Positions 54,570 to 64,000 of a DNA stretch of 64,000 nt are shown in pieces (the first letter of the stretch is position 1; every line of letters starts with the position of its first letter). The DNA is from Schizochytrium sp. TIO01. Taxonomy: Eukaryota > Protista > Bigyra: Labyrinthulomycetes. Location of the stretch: positions 1,984,001-2,048,000 of the forward strand of contig SMSO01000032.1 in the NCBI GenBank assembly GCA_004764695.1, written 5' to 3'. The translations under genes were made by a program, and so were the position numbers. Below the pieces are notes generated by a model. It saw only the letters and a program-made list of their open reading frames with translations. It searched no databases and was not told where the DNA came from.

Positions 54570-56390
54570 GGAACGTGTCTATATTTCTTTCCAATGTTTA
54601 GGTTGCCATGATGGAAAAATAATTGTCTGAGGACTATAGTCTAGTTTGGCGATAACGCTCCACTGTACTGAGGTTGCTCAGAAGTAGGGTATACGAATAG
54701 TACAGTTAAGACGAAGTCCATAGTCTACTGGTGGGAAGGAGTAGGTACCTGGGTAGGTGTTGTGTAGCATATCCAAAGTGTAATTCTACGAGAAAATGGG
54801 GTTCATGCCACTGGAATCATGTCAGAGGGATGACTCCGATATCACGTCTTAAATTATAGAGGGCATGTGGCAAACCTAGTCTAAACATCAACCAATCACG
54901 CGACCTTTCAAACTAAATAATAGAATGGTAACGAGGAGGAAACTGTTTTTTTGTTATGTTTATTACGTCCAGTGTGATTGACCATCCTATGGCATAATTG
55001 AAAAAGCAGTGCCTAGGCTTTTGGGCAGCTCTAACAGTATCGGTAGCAGGAATGGGCTGGAATAAGAATGCAAAACAAGATATGAAATCGAAGCCTGTAA
55101 AGAGCGAGGTTCCGAATGCCTGTTTACGACTGAGTCACCTCTGCAAATTAAGGCGTCCCTGAAAATAAGAGAATTACCCTAAGGTGTATGATGTGAACTT
55201 GGAGTCAAGTTCAATCATTAGAAATGATGAAGTCTTTTGTTTTGGAGCTTATTTCATGCATTCTCGCAGAAAATAATGAGCTGTGGTAGGACAAGCTCCT
55301 CTTGAAAGATTACACGTACAGGTTTCGCAATAATAGCTTCGTTTTTCGATCAGCGTTAGTATGCAGCTCTTTTCCTGTTCATATTAATACCATCTCTTCG
55401 ATTATTTCAGACTTCGAATGATTTTTCTTTACATATATTCTAGCTTCGAATATCCCTAAAAAATAATCTTATGTGAATATACGGTAACTGTAAGCATCTA
55501 CCTTCACATCCCTTTGCATCGAGCAAATGAAAAACATTCATCGAGTGATCAGTTTAGAGGCGTAGTTACTACCCACTTATACCAAACCCCTTTCGATTTT
55601 TCATTTGACAGTAACAACCATTCGATGTTCCAAAATAGGGCGCGAAAATTGCATATCCCTGTTGGTTGCAAGACTTTGGTGAAACCTCAAGCTCCAGTAC
55701 TGTTTCACAAAAAGATCGAAGCGCAGGCCTCGAGACTCGACGCAAATTGTGGGTTCATCGTGTTGTAAACAACATGCATCTATTCCGGTAGTATAAAAGT
55801 TGGACGCCCGGTGGGCCGTAATGGAGAGTTTATTCGCAGGAGCTACCAAATGCCCGAAGTCTATACAGTTGAGTGTTTCAAATACATTTCATCTTTGCTG
55901 TGTGGATGTTGACTTGAGTGAGTATGCCAAGAGTGAGGCCCCTGATGAAATCATAACGAACCAATGCGCAAAGGAACGTGATGATCTATCTCATGGGTGC
56001 GCAGAAGGCTGAATTCTTCCGAGCCGTCGTTGAAGTGAGGTTCCGTATCGGAGAAATGCTTCTGAATTATCGTTTGGTAAATCTTGCCGGTTCAATTCGC
56101 AAAACAGACGTGAGTGAGGTGCGGACTTGTGGCGAAATTTCAAGTGCTCTTCCTCGTCTCGGCCCAGGATTTCAAGGCCTGGTCTCTTTCGTCACGACAG
56201 TCCTCAACTCCTTCAACCCTTCAATCCATTAACATGTTCACCCCAAGTCTTCTGCTGCGCCCGGCCTTTAGATCGGCAATTTCTACGAGGTGAGCATTGC
56301 AACTTATACCCCTCATTAGCGCTACACTTGAACAGTAGGTAGGTATGTAGCACAGTAGGTACTGATTATCTTAATAGGATAGAACGAACG

Positions 56391-56597
56391 AACAAACAAA
56401 CAAACAAACAAACAAACAAACAAACAAACAAACAAACAAACAAACAAACAAACAAACAAACAAACAAACAAACAAACAAACAAACAAACAAACAAACAAA
56501 CAAACAAACAAACAAACAAACAAACAAACAAACAAACAAACAAACAAACAAACAAACAAACAAACAAACAAACAAACAAACAAACAAACAAACAAAC
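56391..56597. repeat. Long perfect (AAAC)n microsatellite, ~51 units
   Basis: Directly visible. Confidence 0.98.
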
Positions 56598-57471
56598 GTA
56601 TAAAAAAGGAGCCTAGGTAGGTCCTACCTACCCCTATTCGCTGTCTTCAGTTCGTCAGACCAACATTAGCCATTGCGAAATATTGGCCGCCGGGGAATGC
56701 GAGCGGATAAATTGGAAGGGAAGCATCCTAGGCCTTCTTGTTAGCTCAAACTCTTACACAGGCTCTCTTTAAAGCTCTAGTTTCGTGGTGATTCCAAAGA
56801 ACTAAAGAACCCCAAGTGCCTGTTGTACATCTGAAAGTTAAACTCAAAGGCGTCAAAAAGTGCTGTGTTGGGGTTACACGCATCGTACGCCCTTGGCTTG
56901 TGGTTCTTCCGTGTTTACAGTTTTTAGTTACAGAGAAAGCAGCGAATGTCCGCGCACTCACTCCCTCGCTACCTCATTGACTGCTAGAACAGAGTCGTTC
57001 TTCCGGGTCTAAGTGATTGCCCGACTTTGCGGAGAATAAGCTTCGGTGATCAAAACTCCGCACACGAATTTGATACAGAAGTGGAGCGCAGGTTCTCTAT
57101 ACAAAGGCCAAGGGCCGAGGAAACTGTTGACCCTGAGTAGTTGATGATCATTGCAGGGCAACAGGCGAAGGACCAGCATTTCGAAGAGGAGTTGTACCTA
57201 CTACTAATAGTAGATTTTTTACCCACGGGCGAGTGTGCCAGGGTTTGGGAGAAACAAAATAGTAGCGAGCAAATCCCAAACGGAGATAAACCATTGAAGT
57301 GAGAACACGTGCCCTCACTGTTACCATAAGAAAGTAGGAACTGAATTCAGCAAATAAGCAGCTAGCAAAAGCACATAAACAGTTCGGAATCTGTGTGACC
57401 TCAGCCAGGCGTTGCAAGAATTTGTCTTGTCAATAGCTTGCGTTGCGCGGGAACACGAATAAAGCTCGAAA

Positions 57472-59568
57472 ATGCGGGGTAGTAATAGTGAAGAAGAACC
57501 CATCATGCAAAAGCACGAAACAAGTGGCGAGCAAAGTGTCGAAGGCCTCCGAGGCGAGAGAACAGAGATTCTCCAAGGACAAAAACCTGTGAAGGAGTCT
57601 AAGGGCCGTTTGTGGGCACTTCGTGCTCCGACAAAGGATGACTTACGCCGCGCGATGCCAATCATTGATACGGTTGCGAACTACGATGTACGTGAGAATA
57701 TTATGGGCGATCTCACTGCAGGAATTACAGTCGGTGTTATGTTGATTCCCCAAGGTATGGCGTACGCATTGCTTGCATCTTTGCCTGCACAGTATGGTTT
57801 GTATGCATCTGTGATGCCCATCATCATCTACGCACTCTTTGGAACGTCGAGGCAGCTGGCCGTGGGCCCAGTGGCCATTGTTTCTCTTTTGACCGCTGAG
57901 TCTATCGAGTCGCAGGGCCTTGAGACTGAGATTGAAAAGGTGGAATACGCTGCCCTGCTTGCATTCTTCGCTGGCTTACTCAGTCTGCTATTGGGTGTTT
58001 TCCGAGCAGGAATGCTTGCCAATTTCTTATCGCACTCTGTATTGGTTGGCTTCACCGCTGGTGCTGCGATGGTCATAGCCCTTAGTCAGCTGAAGCACCT
58101 GCTTGGATTTAGCATTCCGAGCTATTCATTTCCCATCCAGACCCTTATTTATGCTCTCGCGCACCTTCCAGACACCAATCCGACTACCATCACGATGGGG
58201 ATTCTCGCCATTTTGATCCTGGTAGGTTTGCGTCAAGCTAAGCAGCGGTTCACCAAACCGGAGGTTGTAGCTGAAGGTTCCACATGGAACAGCGCTCCTC
58301 GCATTCGAAATGGTCTTCGTCGCTTTTTGTTTTATTTCTCAAGCATGGGTGCTCTCGTTGTTGTTGTTGTAGGCACTGCTGTAACGAAGTATCTCTACAA
58401 CGAACACGGATATAGTAAGGCAACTTTGCCAATTGTGGGTGATGTACCTCAAGGTATGCCAGCCCCACGTGCACCTCATATGGCACATTTTGCCTCTATG
58501 TTCCCTGACATGTTTGTGAGTGCTTTAGTCATTACAATTCTTGGGTTTATGGAGTCGTTCGCTGTTGCTGATCGCTTTGCTCGTGCTCATGGCTACGAGA
58601 TCAGTGCTAACCACGAGCTTATGGGCCTCGGTATGGCAAATTTGTTTGGGTCGTTCTTCAACACCTATCCAGTAACTGGCGGGTTTTCGCGTACTGCTGT
58701 GAATGATGCGAGTGGAGCCGTAACACCTATCGCTTCAATCATCAGTGCACTCATCGTGCTCATGGTGATTTTCTTGCTCACCTCGACGTTTTACTACATG
58801 CCAAAGAACGTCTTGGCATCCATTGTTTTTGTTGCTGTATCCAGCCTCTTCGATTTCACAGCACTTCGCATTGCATATATGGTAGATCGTGAGGATTTTG
58901 TGGTCATGGTTTTCACAATGTTGTCAACTCTTTGCCTCGGCACAGAGATCGGCCTTGCTGTAGGCTTTGCAATGTCTGTCTTGATCATCCTTCGAAAGCT
59001 TGCCTTTCCTCACACCGCCGTCCTTGGTAGGATTCAGGGAACAGCCCATAGCGGATGCAATGATGCAGTCTACCGCAACATCTTGCGGTTTCCCGATGCA
59101 ATTCCGCACCCTAACACGGTCATATTCCGCGTTGACGCAGGTATGAACTTTGCAAACCGTCACCACATCCTTTCTGAGCTTTTGCGCGCGGTCAATGCAG
59201 CATCCTTCGATGACCCAAGCACAGGACAGCGACCTGCAGTTATTCTCGCCTGTGAAGGTGTAAACTCGATTGATGTTGCAGGTCTTGAGATGCTTGAGGA
59301 AATTCAAGAAGCTCTGTTTAAACGTAACATTTCGCTCGTTGCGTGCAATGTAATTGGACCTGTCCGTGATAGCGTTGAGAAACAGAATATCTATTTGCGC
59401 TCAATTAAGCACCACCCAGTTGTCCCCTGGCTTCACGATTTGGCCGCTACGGAGGGTATGTCATTTCCAACATCTTTCATGACTGGCACACTGGATCAAG
59501 CACTGCAGAGTTTGCACTCCGCGAAACCAACTTTGCTTTCTGGGGACGTGAAGCTTGACATGGTCTAA
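57472..59568 (+). CDS. SulP/SLC26-family sulfate/anion transporter with C-terminal STAS domain (698 aa)
   Basis: GDLTAGITVGVMLIPQGMAYALLASLPAQYGLYAS, GTSRQLAVGPVA, ELMGLGMAN and YPVTGGFSRTAVN. STAS motifs IFRVDAGMNFAN and VNSIDVAGLEML. Confidence 0.95.
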   Translation: MRGSNSEEEPIMQKHETSGEQSVEGLRGERTEILQGQKPVKESKGRLWALRAPTKDDLRRAMPIIDTVANYDVRENIMGDLTAGITVGVMLIPQGMAYALLASLPAQYGLYASVMPIIIYALFGTSRQLAVGPVAIVSLLTAESIESQGLETEIEKVEYAALLAFFAGLLSLLLGVFRAGMLANFLSHSVLVGFTAGAAMVIALSQLKHLLGFSIPSYSFPIQTLIYALAHLPDTNPTTITMGILAILILVGLRQAKQRFTKPEVVAEGSTWNSAPRIRNGLRRFLFYFSSMGALVVVVVGTAVTKYLYNEHGYSKATLPIVGDVPQGMPAPRAPHMAHFASMFPDMFVSALVITILGFMESFAVADRFARAHGYEISANHELMGLGMANLFGSFFNTYPVTGGFSRTAVNDASGAVTPIASIISALIVLMVIFLLTSTFYYMPKNVLASIVFVAVSSLFDFTALRIAYMVDREDFVVMVFTMLSTLCLGTEIGLAVGFAMSVLIILRKLAFPHTAVLGRIQGTAHSGCNDAVYRNILRFPDAIPHPNTVIFRVDAGMNFANRHHILSELLRAVNAASFDDPSTGQRPAVILACEGVNSIDVAGLEMLEEIQEALFKRNISLVACNVIGPVRDSVEKQNIYLRSIKHHPVVPWLHDLAATEGMSFPTSFMTGTLDQALQSLHSAKPTLLSGDVKLDMV

Positions 59569-62500
59569 AGTTAAGGCTATGAATGGTCGTATGTTAGCAC
59601 ACCCATGAGCAGTAGGTCTCGTCAGATTTGCTCCGTCTGTTTAAAGTTTACAATAATTGAATTTATCGCATTTTGATCATGCATAACAATTAAGATGTCA
59701 GGGCGCAACAATACAAAACTAATTTATTTTCCATTCCGTAAAAATCTTGAAGCCTTTGCTTTATCGCATTATTTAAATTAATCAAGAGTCTAATTACACT
59801 ACACTCACAAAGTGAGTTGTGTGTATGAGTTATTGCGTGCATACATTACTAGCGTCTTGATCTTTGATATCATGATGTTTAAATCCCTACCACTCTCACT
59901 AGTCAGAGGATGCTCTTATCAATCCTCTAATGGGGTTCTTTTGAATATGAAATAACTTGCACATCGAATTGCCAGGAGTCTTAGATGTTGCATTCCATAC
60001 TTGGCTATAAAGTAATATGCATGTTTTTGTTTTTTTCTTTATTTCTGCACATATTTGGTATTGCAAACTCTCGAAATCAATAATAACAGTGGATCGTCTA
60101 TTTTATGTAGTACGATATTGATATTGAGTTTACCTTTAGACTGAGCTGGTGTTATAGATAACGCAGAAACAAGCATGCACGCCCTAAACCTGCGCTATCA
60201 ACTTTGCTGTATTAAAAATAAGGCTTTAGATTGTTCGATCACAAGAGAAAAGGCCTCAAAAGTAGAGGAATTGGAAAGAACAACCTTCATAGTCAGTACA
60301 TTAGTTTACTCCCTCAATTGACTGTCATATGTTTTGGCAATTGAAGGAGTGTCGCAGTTAAAGCTCTAAGTTAATTTAATTATGGTGCCCTACACAACGA
60401 CAAATTAAGCTTCGAAGTATTTGGCAAAATTGAGCGACATTATTTTTTCTTAGTTTTTTTCTTTTGAAGAACCGCACAGTAGAGCAGAATAGGAGCTGTT
60501 TTAATTTTAAAAATAAAAAAATAAAAAATGAACAACAGAAATAAAATCAAAGTCAAAAGACAGAAGCAGCCATATTTCCTCATTATGCATGCACCAGGCC
60601 TTAATCTCGGCAGCTGGACACGGCTCTGGTCGTCTTTCTTTCGGTACCTTCTTCCTTTCTCTACGATCTGCAGAATGCCAATGGTAAAAAAACCCATGCC
60701 GATCAAACTTCAAAGTAAGCAGGCACGCTTTCCTTTCTCCCTCGCAGTCTCGCGGGTCTCTTTCTGCGCAAGCACTGGCCGCCACCCGTCTTCTCCCCTC
60801 TGCGGGCGGCGTGGCCTCTGCACGTCAGCGCGGCGTCCATCACTCGTCAGTCACTGCGCTTCAGCAGCTCTCATCGCACAATCCCAGGCCCGAGTCAGCG
60901 AGAGCGAGAGCCTTCTCCGCGCCTTCTTCCGAATCGGCGTGCGTGCGCACGTGGACCCAACTGCCCGGCGTCGCTCGCGCTCTCGAGGTCCGCCCCGTCT
61001 CCGTTACCACGGCCCATGCCTCGAAGGCCTCGCTCGTTCCACAAGCAAGCCTCCCTCCCCACGCGGCCTTTCGTTTCAGAGGCCTGTCGGCCTTCCAGAT
61101 TGTGCTCAGTACGACCCTGGTCACTCCCGGTACGACCTTTTCCCTGTGAGCAGTCGCCCTAAAACGCGCGGGCTTCCTTCCCACTCTTCTCCTCGCGCGA
61201 TCTTGGCTTTCTTTCCGTCAGACGCAGCTCAGCCCGAGCAAGCGCTTCGATGCCGGAGAGCGGTCCGTGCGAAGGGAGTGAAGGTAGTACCTAGCTCGCA
61301 GCTGCCTCCTGCCTGCTGCCTGCCTGCTGCCAGCGAGAGCGGCGCCGCAGCCGAGGACATCATACACCTGGCGGCGGCTTCTCGAGTTCGCTGCTGGTCT
61401 GTCTCCCCGGAGCGGGAGGCGGAGAACTGGTGGAAGAGGCCGTGCTCAGCTGGCGGCGTTCGGCCTCAAGGGCAAGCGCGCCGGCATGCTCTGGCGTGGC
61501 GAGCATTCGCTTCCGGTTCGAGGCTGGCCAGCCAGTCATTCGTTCTGGTTCTACAGCAAGCTAGCTAGCTCGTCTGCCAGCCAGCCAGCCAGGCATGTTA
61601 GCGTAGTTCCAGGCCAGTGAATAGCGAAGGTCGGCGGATGAAGGCACAAGTGAGTTGTCGGCATTGGACCACTCTGCGAACAAACGAATTCTTCCAGCGA
61701 CAGGGATTGTTTCACGCCTCTCAGGGTGTGCCGTAGATGAGTGGATACATACGTAGGTACCATCTCAACGGAGGCGCTTCCGGACAACGAGATTTCACAT
61801 GAAAAAAGGGTGTAAATAAAAAGTGACGTTGTTGGATTTGGGGTCCTTTACGCTCTATCAAGAATGAGATAGGGTCGCTTGTTTTTCTTTCTATGTTATT
61901 TCCGGGTTGGAGAGCGCGCAAATGAGAGGATGCCAAAAAGCGATGACAAATCGAAAAAACTTAATAAGAAATAAAGAATAGAAATGCGCGACTTGTGTGG
62001 CATTCCTTGTTCACTCGACCCTGCCGATAAAAGTAGTAACCGCAGGTAACATTGACTAGCTGTGTTGGTGCTCTATTCTTGAGACTTTGCTTTATTAAAA
62101 TAATCTAACAAAGTTAAACGATTTTCAGGGTGAATTATTCGGAATTGAGCCACGTGTTTTTGTTTTTTTTGGACGTGGATACGAAATTCGCTTAATCTAT
62201 TCCTTCATTTTTAAAAATTAAATTGAGACAGTCTTTCTCCCTAGCTTATTCATAAAGTGGAAACCGCCGACAACGAAACCTGCTGACAGGGAGATGATAT
62301 TTATGTATTTGTGGTCGGGATTCTGAATTCTTTAAATTGCGGTGTGAACATGTGCGTATTTATGAATTAGTAGAGGTCTTGTAGAGAGAGCCTTATGATG
62401 CGCAGATTTCAATCAAGCATATTGAGTTGAGGGTCACACTGAAAAATCTGATTGCTGAAAGGTACAAAGTAAATAAATCATAGGAGTATGTTCGGGCCAT

Positions 62501-63509
62501 CAGTTGCATTTGTTTTCATCATCGGCAAGATTTAGTTTTTTCATAAATGGAAAGAATTTTTGGTTTGAAATCACTGTAGGTGTTACGTACGCAACTAACT
62601 TAAACACGTAACTTTTCTCAAGGATCCGTGAAAACATTTTAGAAGCAGCTACTACACTTGAGTTATAATTTCTAATTAGTACGCACTAAGAAAAAGAAGA
62701 AGAAGAAGAAGCTCCTGCGTGGTCTTCAGGCTAGTGCATGGTCTGCGATATTCTTTCGAGAATGTTTACTTATCTACCTTGTCGAAGTAATGTTCAAAAT
62801 GATGCAGAGAGCATTATGACCAGCGTTTTCAAAGCTTTATATTTAAAGTCAGAATAGCATAATTAGTCTCAAATCAAATTGGACTTTAGGACAAGTTTAC
62901 TTTTTTAAACGTTTTGCTCTCCTTTTCATTTTTATTCTTTAAAAAAAAAGCCATCTTCATTCAACAGAGTAAATAAAAATGTATTAAAATACAGTATTTA
63001 TTTTCAAAAGCTTTCCCCGTTTCAATATTTTAAAATGTTTTAATTATTATTTTTAAAAGAGCGAAATGCGATTAAAATACGTTTATGTTCAAAATATAAA
63101 ATTCATTTTCAAGTGTTTTATTAATATGGTTAATTTTTAATTAAAATTCTAAAATCAAGAACTTGAAGGTTGTATTAAAAAAAGTATAGATATATATATT
63201 TCATGTTATAATATATAAAGTGAGCAAAAAAATATGTTTAAGCAACAAAGGACAAGTGAAGTTGTAGGTCTGAAAAGTGCAAAACTCAGAATGAAAGAAA
63301 AGAAAGAAGCGACATCGCCTTTCGCAAACAACGGCTTAGGGTAACTGTGCATCTTTAATTAAGTAAGAAAGTATGCAGGAAAGTACGAAAGAAAGTATCA
63401 ACCAAGGGCCCCAAAACGAGAAGAAGCGAAAGCGAAAGCGAAAGCGAAAGAGCCTCTGAGCCATCAGCCTTAGCTTCTTTCCAAAGTCCTAAGGATGAAT
63501 CGGTCGGCC

Positions 63510-63580
63510 AGTTAGTTAGTTATTTAGTTATTTGGTTGGTTAGTTAATTAGTTAATTAGTTAATTAGTTAATTAGCTAGC

Positions 63581-63630
<50 letters not shown>

Positions 63631-63722
63631 ATTAGATAGTTTGTTAGTTAGTTAATTAGTTAGTTAGTTAATTAGTTAGTTAGTTAATTAGTTAGTTAGT
63701 TAGTTAGTTAGTTAGTTGGTTA
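63510..63722. repeat. Degenerate (GTTA/ATTA)n tetranucleotide array
   Basis: Directly visible. Confidence 0.95.
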
Positions 63723-63813
63723 GGTGCCCACCAGCATTACAAGTGAATATCATCAGCCAGACGCATCTGACTCACCCACTTCGCATGAGAGAACTATTCG
63801 CACTCTCGCTGTG

Positions 63814-63844
<31 letters not shown>

Positions 63845-64000
63845 TCTTTCAGTTGGCAACAATTGAAGGAAAAGAAGATGGCCCCATCTTCCCATGTGGT
63901 TAAATATATGTACATGCATATATATACATTACTTGTCTATCGCATGCTGTCATTATTATAAGGAATCAATCATATACTAAGAAAGCTCATACTACTACTA

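Noticed and set aside
55500-56300. Chain of short plus-strand ORFs as a pseudogene (similar chains at 35300-36260 and 39680-40180)
   Set aside because: No recognisable family motif; cannot be supported without a homology search.
56322-56595. ORFs of (FVCL)n
   Set aside because: Translations of the (AAAC)n microsatellite.
60528-61568. 346 aa plus-strand ORF as a real gene
   Set aside because: Low-complexity R/S/P/A composition typical of a GC-rich shadow frame; no domain motif.
63510-63722. Telomere-like repeat
   Set aside because: The unit is GTTA/ATTA, not TTAGGG-like, and unique sequence follows.

Overview
Eukaryotic, intron-poor DNA with long single-exon ORFs, AT-rich spacers and many microsatellites. 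There is no operon structure, and I could not support any rRNA, tRNA or CRISPR array. Gene content (a TMEM17-family ciliary gene, Golgi type II enzymes, algal-type sulfotransferases) and overall style suggest a flagellated protist, plausibly a thraustochytrid/labyrinthulomycete; this is inference only. There are about 12 protein genes: an IQ/coiled-coil protein, an F-box-like/ankyrin-like protein, a spliced ~1335 aa helical protein, an LRR-HlyIII/PAQR fusion, two paralogous type II sulfotransferases (one needs a 1-nt frameshift or a short intron), a secreted GH127-type glycosidase, a membrane-anchored beta-helix enzyme, a nucleotide-sugar transporter fusion, TMEM17, a Myb/SANT+HTH transcription factor and a SulP/SLC26 transporter. 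The most striking item is at 36908-39301: a GDP-sugar-transporter-like domain fused, via an extra TM helix and a mucin-like stalk, to a lumenal domain with GT91/GH130-type beta-propeller motifs. It ends a ~23 kb block (16-39 kb) in which every identifiable gene or pseudogene concerns glycan sulfation, synthesis or trimming. That block includes what appears to be a tandemly duplicated sulfotransferase/GH127 divergent pair. All family assignments come from motif recognition by eye, not database searches.
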